Of a stretch of DNA of 64,000 bases, positions 16,805 through 25,408 are shown one piece after another (the stretch's first letter is position 1; each line of letters begins with the position of its first letter). The translations under genes and the position numbers were made by a program. This stretch comes from an uncultured Solirubrobacterales bacterium (lineage in GTDB: Bacteria; Actinomycetota; Thermoleophilia; Solirubrobacterales; JBBDJG01): NCBI GenBank assembly GCA_963716195.1, contig OY970293.1:408462-472461 (forward strand), in the 5' to 3' direction. The notes under the pieces were generated by a model. It was not told the origin of the DNA, made no database searches, and was given only the letters and a program-made list of their open reading frames with translations.

Positions 16805-19800
16805 ATGCTCTCAGGGGATCTGCGCGCGACGGCGCGCTCACGTAGTTCTGTCGCACCAACCGCCGGGCACGGCGCAGCCACAGGCCACCGGAGGAACCGA
16901 GCGGGGCGCGGCGGGTCAGCCCGCCGCAGGCCATTGGCTCTGGTCGCTCTCCTCGCCCTTCTCGTCGCTTCGGCGGCGCTCATGGTCGGCACCGCCTCTG
17001 CCTCCGCCGCGGTCATCCTCAACCCGGACTCGGGCGGCCAGAACGACATCGATCCCAGCTCGCTCAACAACCAGAGCGATCTGAGCGCGTACGGGATCAG
17101 CGGCACCGGCGCCGCCAACACGACGACGCAATACGGCTGGAAGTGGGACGAGCCCTTCCTGTCGGGCAACAACAGCCTCGACGTGTGCGTCTACCTGAGC
17201 TCGACCACGAGCGGCAGCTCTGATCCGAATGCCGCCGAGTATGCCGTCTGCTTCGACGTCACCACCGACTCCCAAGGGAATCCCACTACTACGGACATCA
17301 CCTACTGGTACTGCCCGACCTACAGCACCGCGGACGCCTCCAGCGGTGGTCAGAAATGCTTCGGCAACAGCAGCGAGCTCCCCGCGGGGCCGGACAGCGC
17401 GGTCATCAGCGCAACCGCTGCCCTCACGACGAACGTTGCACCCCAGTTCGCAAGCGACCCCGACAGGGACACCCAGGTCGTCCTGGACGTGACGCCGAAC
17501 CTGAATCTGACCCTGGTCAACATCTGCAGCAAGAAGAGCGCTTCTCCGTCATCGGATTCCTCCGACTGCGGTCTCGAGCGCGCACCAGCGTTCCTGAAGC
17601 TCGTCAAGACAGTTCAGGATGGAGACGCGGTTCCCGCCGACTGGACACTGTCCTGGGACGGCCCTGGCACGAACGACGGATCGGTGGCCGGTGACAACAC
17701 GCAGTTCGTCCCGGTGCCCGATGGCACGTACAACCTTTCGGAGTCCGGTCCGAGCACCTACGAGCAGGTCTCGCTCGTTTGCTCGCCGACGGCGAACACG
17801 GGTAACTCGGTCACTCTGGGTCAGGGCGTTCAGGAGACCTGCACGTTCACCAACAAGCTCAAATTCATCCCCGACCCGCACCTGGCGATCACCAAGACGG
17901 CGACCGAGGCCAACTACGACGCGGTCGGCGACGTCATCCACTACACGATCGTGGCCACCAACGACGGCAACACGACGCTCACCGGCGTGACCGTCACCGA
18001 CCCCAAGGTCTCAGGCCTCGACTGCACGCCGGCCAACGGCTCGGACCTGGCGCCCGGCGCCTCGATCAGCTGCACCGCCAGCCACACGGTCACCCAGGCC
18101 GACATCGACGCCGGCAACTACGCCAACCAGGCCTGCGTTAACGACGGCGACGGCGGCGCGGCCGCGGTCTGCGCGGACGAGGACGTCCCCGCGGTCCAAA
18201 GCCCGCACCTGGCGATCACCAAGACGGCGACCGAGGCCAACTACGACGCGGTCGGCGACGTCATCCACTACACGATCGTGGCCACCAACGACGGCAACAC
18301 GACGCTCACCGGCGTGACCGTCACCGACCCCAAGGTCTCAGGCCTCGACTGCACGCCGGCCAACGGCTCGGACCTGGCGCCCGGCGCCTCGATCAGCTGC
18401 ACCGCCAGCCACACGGTCACCCAGGCCGACATCGACGCCGGCAACTACGCCAACCAGGCCTGCGTTAACGACGGCGACGGCGGCGCGGCCGCGGTCTGCG
18501 CGGACGAGGACGTCCCCGCGGTCCAAAGCCCGCACCTGGCGATCACCAAGACGGCGACCGAGGCCAACTACGACGCGGTCGGCGACGTCATCCACTACAC
18601 GATCGTGGCCACCAACGACGGCAACACGACGCTCACCGGCGTGACCGTCACCGACCCCAAGGTCTCAGGCCTCGACTGCACGCCGGCCAACGGCTCGGAC
18701 CTGGCGCCCGGCGCCTCGATCAGCTGCACCGCCAGCCACACGGTCACCCAGGCCGACATCGACGCCGGCAACTACGCCAACCAGGCCTGCGTTAACGACG
18801 GCGACGGCGGCGCGGCCGCGGTCTGCGCGGACGAGGACGTCCCCGCGGTCCAAAGCCCGCACCTGGCGATCACCAAGACGGCGACCGAGGCCAACTACGA
18901 CGCGGTCGGCGACGTCATCCACTACACGATCGTGGCCACCAACGACGGCAACACGACGCTCACCGGCGTGACCGTCACCGACCCCAAGGTCTCAGGCCTC
19001 GACTGCACGCCGGCCAACGGCTCGGACCTGGCGCCCGGCGCCTCGATCAGCTGCACCGCCAGCCACACGGTCACCCAGGCCGACATCGACGCCGGCAACT
19101 ACGCCAACCAGGCCTGCGTTAACGACGGCGACGGCGGCGCGGCCGCGGTCTGCGCGGACGAGGACGTCCCCGCGGTCCAAAGCCCGCACCTGGCGATCAC
19201 CAAGACGGCGACCGAGGCCAACTACGACGCGGTCGGCGACGTCATCCACTACACGATCGTGGCCACCAACGACGGCAACACGACGCTCACCGGCGTGACC
19301 GTCACCGACCCCAAGGTCTCAGGCCTCGACTGCACGCCGGCCAACGGCTCGGACCTGGCGCCCGGCGCCTCGATCAGCTGCACCGCCAGCCACACGGTCA
19401 CCCAGGCCGACATCGACGCCGGCAACTACGCCAACCAGGCCTGCGTTAACGACGGCGACGGCGGCGCGGCCGCGGTCTGCGCGGACGAGGACGTCCCCGC
19501 GGTCCAAAGCCCGCACCTGGCGATCACCAAGACGGCGACCGAGGCCAACTACGACGCGGTCGGCGACGTCATCCACTACACGATCGTGGCCACCAACGAC
19601 GGCAACACGACGCTCACCGGCGTGACCGTCACCGACCCCAAGGTCTCAGGCCTCGACTGCACGCCGGCCAACGGCTCGGACCTGGCGCCCGGCGCCTCGA
19701 TCAGCTGCACCGCCAGCCACACGGTCACCCAGGCCGACATCGACGCCGGCAACTACGCCAACCAGGCCTGCGTTAACGACGGCGACGGCGGCGCGGCCGC

Positions 19801-21967
19801 GGTCTGCGCGGACGAGGACGTCCCCGCGGTCCAAAGCCCGCACCTGGCGATCACCAAGACGGCGACCGAGGCCAACTACGACGCGGTCGGCGACGTCATC
19901 CACTACACGATCGTGGCCACCAACGACGGCAACACGACGCTCACCGGCGTGACCGTCACCGACCCCAAGGTCTCAGGCCTCGACTGCACGCCGGCCAACG
20001 GCTCGGACCTGGCGCCCGGCGCCTCGATCAGCTGCACCGCCAGCCACACGGTCACCCAGGCCGACATCGACGCCGGCAACTACGCCAACCAGGCCTGCGT
20101 TAACGACGGCGACGGCGGCGCGGCCGCGGTCTGCGCGGACGAGGACGTCCCCGCGGTCCAAAGCCCGCACCTGGCGATCACCAAGACGGCGACCGAGGCC
20201 AACTACGACGCGGTCGGCGACGTCATCCACTACACGATCGTGGCCACCAACGACGGCAACACGACGCTCACCGGCGTGACCGTCACCGACCCCAAGGTCT
20301 CAGGCCTCGACTGCACGCCGGCCAACGGCTCGGACCTGGCGCCCGGCGCCTCGATCAGCTGCACCGCCAGCCACACGGTCACCCAGGCCGACATCGACGC
20401 CGGCAACTACGCCAACCAGGCCTGCGTTAACGACGGCGACGGCGGCGCGGCCGCGGTCTGCGCGGACGAGGACGTCCCCGCGGTCCAAAGCCCGCACCTG
20501 GCGATCACCAAGACGGCGACCGAGGCCAACTACGACGCGGTCGGCGACGTCATCCACTACACGATCGTGGCCACCAACGACGGCAACACGACGCTCACCG
20601 GCGTGACCGTCACCGACCCCAAGGTCTCAGGCCTCGACTGCACGCCGGCCAACGGCTCGGACCTGGCGCCCGGCGCCTCGATCAGCTGCACCGCCAGCCA
20701 CACGGTCACCCAGGCCGACATCGACGCCGGCAACTACGCCAACCAGGCCTGCGTTAACGACGGCGACGGCGGCGCGGCCGCGGTCTGCGCGGACGAGGAC
20801 GTCCCCGCGGTCCAAAGCCCGCACCTGGCGATCACCAAGACGGCGACCGAGGCCAACTACGACGCGGTCGGCGACGTCATCCACTACACGATCGTGGCCA
20901 CCAACGACGGCAACACGACGCTCACCGGCGTGACCGTCACCGACCCCAAGGTCTCAGGCCTCGACTGCACGCCGGCCAACGGCTCGGACCTGGCGCCCGG
21001 CGCCTCGATCAGCTGCACCGCCAGCCACACGGTCACCCAGGCCGACATCGACGCCGGCAACTACGCCAACCAGGCCTGCGTTAACGACGGCGACGGCGGC
21101 GCGGCCGCGGTCTGCGCGGACGAGGACGTCCCCGCGGTCCAAAGCCCGAGGATAGGGTTGACCAAGACGCCCAACCCGACGACCTACAGCGCCGCCGGCC
21201 AGATCATCAACTACACGATCGTTGCGGCCAACACCGGCAACGTGACGCTGCACGACGTGACGGTCACCGACTCGAAGCTGGGCCCGCTGACCTGCACGCC
21301 CACCCAGCCGTCGACGCTCCTCCCCGGCGCTTCGATGAGCTGCACCGGCAGCTACACGATCCAGCCGGGTGACGTCAAGGCCGACAACACCGGCACGGTG
21401 GTGAACACGGCGAACACTGCCGGCAAGGGCCCGCAGGACCAGCCGGTCTCGAACACCGCGACCGCCACCGTCCGCCAGGTGCCGGCGACCGGCAAGATCA
21501 CGCCCACGGCCACCACCTGTCAGCAGTTCGCCAACGGCACCAACGGCGAGCTGACGGACGAGCTGTACACCGTCAAGGGCCAGAAAATCAACAGCATCGC
21601 CCCCGGCGTGTTCTTCTACTACAGCAAGATCACGGCGCCGGCGAGCGCCTTCACGATCGAGGTGAAGCAGTCGAACACCCTCAACTGGAGGCTGATCGGA
21701 ACGCAACAGCTGATCCTGTGGGATGCGAACTGCGTCAAGACCTTCGTGTCCGGGTCTTACAACTCGATCACAGGGACGGTGACGTTCAACGCGTCAGGCT
21801 TGACGTCTGGTACGACCTACTACATCAGCATCAAGTACGACCCGGGCTCGCTCTCGGGGCAGACGGTCGGCAACACGAAGCCGACGAGCGTGTACACGTT
21901 CAAGACGTACATCAACGGCGGCGTGGTTCTGACCAGCCAGGACAGCGTGAACGTGAAGGCGAAGTAA
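16805..21967 (+). CDS. 1720-aa secreted repeat adhesin: leader, N-terminal domain, SpaA/prealbumin-like domain, 10+1 DUF11-type repeats, ~270-aa C-terminal domain; no LPXTG
   Basis: Leader ..RRRPLALVALLALLVASAALMVGTASASA. ..LKLVKTVQDGDAVPADWTLSW..TCTFTNK. Repeat unit LAITKTATEANYDAVGDVIHYTIVATNDGNTTLTGVTVTDPKVSGLDCTP..SCTASHTVTQADIDAGNYANQACV... Ends ..VLTSQDSVNVKAK. Confidence 0.9.
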   Translation: MLSGDLRATARSRSSVAPTAGHGAATGHRRNRAGRGGSARRRPLALVALLALLVASAALMVGTASASAAVILNPDSGGQNDIDPSSLNNQSDLSAYGISGTGAANTTTQYGWKWDEPFLSGNNSLDVCVYLSSTTSGSSDPNAAEYAVCFDVTTDSQGNPTTTDITYWYCPTYSTADASSGGQKCFGNSSELPAGPDSAVISATAALTTNVAPQFASDPDRDTQVVLDVTPNLNLTLVNICSKKSASPSSDSSDCGLERAPAFLKLVKTVQDGDAVPADWTLSWDGPGTNDGSVAGDNTQFVPVPDGTYNLSESGPSTYEQVSLVCSPTANTGNSVTLGQGVQETCTFTNKLKFIPDPHLAITKTATEANYDAVGDVIHYTIVATNDGNTTLTGVTVTDPKVSGLDCTPANGSDLAPGASISCTASHTVTQADIDAGNYANQACVNDGDGGAAAVCADEDVPAVQSPHLAITKTATEANYDAVGDVIHYTIVATNDGNTTLTGVTVTDPKVSGLDCTPANGSDLAPGASISCTASHTVTQADIDAGNYANQACVNDGDGGAAAVCADEDVPAVQSPHLAITKTATEANYDAVGDVIHYTIVATNDGNTTLTGVTVTDPKVSGLDCTPANGSDLAPGASISCTASHTVTQADIDAGNYANQACVNDGDGGAAAVCADEDVPAVQSPHLAITKTATEANYDAVGDVIHYTIVATNDGNTTLTGVTVTDPKVSGLDCTPANGSDLAPGASISCTASHTVTQADIDAGNYANQACVNDGDGGAAAVCADEDVPAVQSPHLAITKTATEANYDAVGDVIHYTIVATNDGNTTLTGVTVTDPKVSGLDCTPANGSDLAPGASISCTASHTVTQADIDAGNYANQACVNDGDGGAAAVCADEDVPAVQSPHLAITKTATEANYDAVGDVIHYTIVATNDGNTTLTGVTVTDPKVSGLDCTPANGSDLAPGASISCTASHTVTQADIDAGNYANQACVNDGDGGAAAVCADEDVPAVQSPHLAITKTATEANYDAVGDVIHYTIVATNDGNTTLTGVTVTDPKVSGLDCTPANGSDLAPGASISCTASHTVTQADIDAGNYANQACVNDGDGGAAAVCADEDVPAVQSPHLAITKTATEANYDAVGDVIHYTIVATNDGNTTLTGVTVTDPKVSGLDCTPANGSDLAPGASISCTASHTVTQADIDAGNYANQACVNDGDGGAAAVCADEDVPAVQSPHLAITKTATEANYDAVGDVIHYTIVATNDGNTTLTGVTVTDPKVSGLDCTPANGSDLAPGASISCTASHTVTQADIDAGNYANQACVNDGDGGAAAVCADEDVPAVQSPHLAITKTATEANYDAVGDVIHYTIVATNDGNTTLTGVTVTDPKVSGLDCTPANGSDLAPGASISCTASHTVTQADIDAGNYANQACVNDGDGGAAAVCADEDVPAVQSPRIGLTKTPNPTTYSAAGQIINYTIVAANTGNVTLHDVTVTDSKLGPLTCTPTQPSTLLPGASMSCTGSYTIQPGDVKADNTGTVVNTANTAGKGPQDQPVSNTATATVRQVPATGKITPTATTCQQFANGTNGELTDELYTVKGQKINSIAPGVFFYYSKITAPASAFTIEVKQSNTLNWRLIGTQQLILWDANCVKTFVSGSYNSITGTVTFNASGLTSGTTYYISIKYDPGSLSGQTVGNTKPTSVYTFKTYINGGVVLTSQDSVNVKAK
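17876..21148 (+). repeat. Ten tandem, apparently nucleotide-identical 327-bp (109-aa) repeats, followed by one diverged 11th unit (to ~21480)
   Basis: Period 327 (e.g. ccgcacctggcgatc at 17876, 18203, ...). Identical protein units, and nine identical antisense ORFs spaced 327 bp apart in the ORF track. Confidence 0.95.
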
Positions 21968-22168
21968 CGCGCGATCCGTCGGGCTTGTACCGACTGAGAC
22001 CAGATGAAGCGGAGGGGGTCCACCTCGAAGCGGGCCTCCTCCTCAACTTCTCTCGCGCGGCAGGCACGTGACCTTCTACAGTGACGAGGCGGTTCAGCGG
22101 GAGTCCTGGAGGGGCGACGAGCCCGCGGTCCAGTCGCCAGTCACCGCCAACGACACGGAAGAGCACGC

Positions 22169-22642
22169 ATGAAGAACGCACTCGCGATCGTCCTGGCACT
22201 CGTAGTTGCCGCAGTAGCGGCTCCTACCCTCGCCGGCGCGGCCGGGGCGGCCGCCACGACCTACAGGCTCAGCGCGAAGATGAACCCGCGCCAGGTGGTG
22301 ACGCCCAAGAACAAGCCGTGGAAGGCGCCCGCCAAGGTCGCCGACGCCAAGGGCACTTTCACCGGCACTTTCAACAGGAAGACCCGCAAGCTCAAGTGGC
22401 GCATCACGTACTCGGGAATCGGCAGCCGGCGCCTCACCCTCGCCGACGTCCACCGCGGCCCGCGGGGCAAGTTCGGCGCGATCATCGTTCGCCTCTGCCG
22501 AGACTGCAAGTCTGGTCAGAAGGGCGTCAGAAAGATCAAGCGCTCCTTCGTCAACGCCGTTACATCGGGCAACAGCTGGGTCACGGTGATCACCGACAAG
22601 TACCCAAACGGCGTAATCCGCGGACAGATCAAGGTCAGATAG
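22169..22642 (+). CDS. Secreted CHRD domain protein
   Basis: Leader MKNALAIVLALVVAAVAAPTLAGA. ..LSAKMNPRQVV..AKGTFTGTF..LKWRITYSGI..ADVHRGPRG..WVTVITDKYPNGVIRGQI. Confidence 0.7.
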   Translation: MKNALAIVLALVVAAVAAPTLAGAAGAAATTYRLSAKMNPRQVVTPKNKPWKAPAKVADAKGTFTGTFNRKTRKLKWRITYSGIGSRRLTLADVHRGPRGKFGAIIVRLCRDCKSGQKGVRKIKRSFVNAVTSGNSWVTVITDKYPNGVIRGQIKVR

Positions 22643-22769
22643 CACGGGACGGAGTCCGGCGCGCTGCGGCCGCTGTGGCGCCGTCATCCAGGGTTGCGCT
22701 CGAGCAGCCGTACGCATAGACGGGGCACCTCCTCGCTAGCCGGAGGCTCGGCCGGGAGAATGTGCGACC

Positions 22770-23804
22770 GTGGCCCAGGCTCCGGTACGTACTCAGCATC
22801 GGCCCATCACCCGTGGCACGGTGCTGAAGCGCGTGCTGGCGGTGATGGTGGCCGGGGCGGCGCTGTATGGACTTGCGCCCCAGCTCGGTCAGGTGCTCGG
22901 GGACTGGCCGCGCCTGCGTGAAATTGAACCCGGCTGGTTCGCGGTGATGGCCGCGACCGAGAGCGCGAGCCTCGTCTGCATGTGCACGGTGCAGCGAATC
23001 GCCGCCCGGGGGCGCCGCCTGCCGCCGTTCCTGCGCTCGTACCTCGTCGGCAATTCAGTGAGCTCGCTCGTGCCGGGAGGTGCGGCAACGTCTGCGGCGC
23101 TGCAGTACGAGATGCTGGTGCAGGAAGGAGTCTCTTCTGCCCGCGCCGCGTCCGGCATGGCCGCCGCCTCGGTGGTCGTATTCGGGACGCTGTTGCTCTT
23201 GAACGCGCTGTCGCTGCCGCTGGTGGTGCTGGGCGTGAGCGTACCCACGGACCTGCTGACGGTGGGGTGGATCTCGGCGGCGCTGCTGCTGGGCGTCCTG
23301 CTGATCGGCTGGCTCGCGCTCAGGGACGACGGTTTCCTGACCGCAGTTGGCCGAGCGGCTCAGTGGACCATCAACAAGCTGAGGCGGCACTCTCATCCGG
23401 TGCAGGATCTGCCCGAGCGGCTGCTTGCCCAGCGCACCGCCGTCGCGGAGGTCGTGGGCGATCGCTGGTGGCAGGCGCTGCTGGCCGCAGCCGGCAAGTG
23501 GGTGTTCGACTACCTCACGCTCGTCTTCGCTCTCGCCGCCGTGGGCGCGCGTCCCAACGTCGCGCTGGTGCTCGTCGCCTACTCGGCGGCAGCGCTTCTC
23601 GGGCAGATCCCACTCACTCCCGGCGGGCTCGGCGTGGTCGAGGCGGGCCTCACGGCGACACTCGCACTGATCGGCGTGGGCGGTGGGCAGGCCGTGCTCG
23701 CCACGCTCGCGTACCGGCTGTTCAACTACTGGCTCTACCTGCCGGCCGGCCTCGTCGGCCTGATCCTGCACAGGCGCGCCGTCCACTCGTCACAGCTCGC
23801 CTAA
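22770..23804 (+). CDS. Flippase-like / lysylphosphatidylglycerol-synthase-TM-domain (UPF0104) membrane protein
   Basis: 8 TM segments. ..YLVGNSVSSLVPGGAATSAALQYEML.. and ..LLGQIPLTPGGLGVVEAGLTATL... The start could be a downstream GTG. Confidence 0.7.
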   Translation: MAQAPVRTQHRPITRGTVLKRVLAVMVAGAALYGLAPQLGQVLGDWPRLREIEPGWFAVMAATESASLVCMCTVQRIAARGRRLPPFLRSYLVGNSVSSLVPGGAATSAALQYEMLVQEGVSSARAASGMAAASVVVFGTLLLLNALSLPLVVLGVSVPTDLLTVGWISAALLLGVLLIGWLALRDDGFLTAVGRAAQWTINKLRRHSHPVQDLPERLLAQRTAVAEVVGDRWWQALLAAAGKWVFDYLTLVFALAAVGARPNVALVLVAYSAAALLGQIPLTPGGLGVVEAGLTATLALIGVGGGQAVLATLAYRLFNYWLYLPAGLVGLILHRRAVHSSQLA

Positions 23805-25408
23805 CGAGTCTTCAGCTTCGGCGAGACCTTCTTCGTAACGGTGCGGGTGTGGCCCTCGGGGTCTTTGACCCTGGCCTTGAGACGGAGAGAGAGCTTGGCC
23901 TTGCGCTTGAGAAGGCGGACCAGCTTCTTCGGCAGCTTCAGACCGATGCGCTTCTTTGCTTTCGCTCTGAGGGTAAAGGCCTTACCTCTGATCGCGACGC
24001 GTCGCTTGCGCATAACGGACACCTTGCCGGAGACCGCGAAGCTGTTTCCGTTCGCGACGACGACCTTGAGCCGGCCGCTGGCCGGAATCCGCCCGGCTGC
24101 GAGCCTCAGCGTGACGAGTGTCTTGGCGCCGAAGTGCGGCCGCCGCGCCGAGCCAGCCGCCGTGACGGTGTGGGCCGTGCTCGTCTGCGAGGCGCTGCCC
24201 GCCGGGTTTGAGGCGGTGACCGTGCAGCGGTAGTCCCCGGCCGCGGAGGCCCTGTGCACGTTCGTGCCGGCACCGGCGATCGCTTGGCCGTTCAGCGTCC
24301 AGGAATATGCAAATCCCTGGGGCACGCGGTACAGAAAGGAGGCGAGTAGGTCCGGCGCCCAGGAACCTTGCGAGCACGTCAGCACGGAACCCGCTCCGGA
24401 GCCGCCCGCAATCGTGGGCGCCCCGGCACCACTCGGGGCCTGGAGCAGCGCGACATACATCGACCCGTTGACCGTCGCGCCCGTCGTGCTCAGGTTGCCG
24501 CCGCGACTCCCGTCCAGATTGGCGAACGAGATCTTGTTGCCGGTTCGGTTCGCCCAGTAGATCTTCCTCGCCGACGGGTCAATCGCCACGCCGGCGGGAT
24601 AGTTCACCGTCGCCCCACTGGTGTTCAGGTTGCCGCCGCCTGTGCCATTCAGGTTGGCGTAGGAGATCTTCTGACCCCATAGGTTGGCCCAGTAGATCCG
24701 GCCGCCAACCGGGTCGAGCGCCACGCCGTGCGGGTTGTCCACCGTCGCGGCACCGGTATTGAGGTCATCACCGCCGCTGCCGTCGAGGCTGGCGAAGGAG
24801 ATCTTGTTGCCGGGGTTGCCGTTGCCCCAGTAGATCCTTCCCGTCCCGGGGTCGAGCGCAGGACCGATCGGGACGTCAACCGTCGCGCCCAGCGTACTCA
24901 GGTTGCCGCCACCGCCGCTGCCGTCGAGGCTGGCGAAGGAGATCCTGTCGCCTAACTCATTTGCCCAGTAGACCCTGCCGGCTTGAGGGTAAGCGGCCGC
25001 GACGTTCGGACGGTCCACCGCCGCACCCGCGGTGTTGAGGTCCCCGCTGCCGCCGCTTCCGTCCAGGTTGGTGAAGGAGATCGCGTCGTTGTCCGGGTTC
25101 GTCCAGTAGATCCTTCCCGCCGCTACGTCGATCGACACTCCACGTGGACCGCCGCTTGTCGCACCGGTGGTGCTGAGATCGCCGGCGCCGCTTCCATCGA
25201 GGTTGGCGAACGAGATCCTGCCGTTGCTGGTTTCAAGGTAGTTGGCCCAGTACACCCGCGCGCTCGCGCTTGCCGAAGACGGCACGCAGGCCCAGGCGAA
25301 CAGGGACGCGAAGAAGAGGCAGATGAGCAGCCTAAGGCGCAGCGAACGCCCAAGACTACGCTGCTCGTCAGACGCCGGGGGCGAGACGAATTTCGCGGCC
25401 GCGGTCAT
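23801..25408 (-). CDS. Secreted six-bladed YWTD (LDL-receptor class B-like) beta-propeller, Ig-like domain and basic C-terminal domain
   Basis: Six repeats of (R/K)(I/V)YW(A/T/G)N..ISFANLDGSGG..L.T.GATV. Then ..VLTCSQGSWAP..YRCTVTASNPAGS. Tail ..RLKVVVANGNSFAVSGKVSV..LSLRLKARVKDPEGHTRTVTKKVSPKLKTR. Confidence 0.8.
   Translation of the reverse strand: MTAAAKFVSPPASDEQRSLGRSLRLRLLICLFFASLFAWACVPSSASASARVYWANYLETSNGRISFANLDGSGAGDLSTTGATSGGPRGVSIDVAAGRIYWTNPDNDAISFTNLDGSGGSGDLNTAGAAVDRPNVAAAYPQAGRVYWANELGDRISFASLDGSGGGGNLSTLGATVDVPIGPALDPGTGRIYWGNGNPGNKISFASLDGSGGDDLNTGAATVDNPHGVALDPVGGRIYWANLWGQKISYANLNGTGGGNLNTSGATVNYPAGVAIDPSARKIYWANRTGNKISFANLDGSRGGNLSTTGATVNGSMYVALLQAPSGAGAPTIAGGSGAGSVLTCSQGSWAPDLLASFLYRVPQGFAYSWTLNGQAIAGAGTNVHRASAAGDYRCTVTASNPAGSASQTSTAHTVTAAGSARRPHFGAKTLVTLRLAAGRIPASGRLKVVVANGNSFAVSGKVSVMRKRRVAIRGKAFTLRAKAKKRIGLKLPKKLVRLLKRKAKLSLRLKARVKDPEGHTRTVTKKVSPKLKTR

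Noticed and set aside
18011-20884. Nine identical 85-aa minus-strand ORFs spaced 327 bp apart
   Set aside because: They are the antisense reading of the adhesin's tandem repeat, not a gene family.
17876-21148. Regularly spaced repeats as a possible CRISPR array
   Set aside because: The units are 327 bp and contiguous with no unique spacers. They lie in-frame inside a protein-coding gene, and no cas genes are present.
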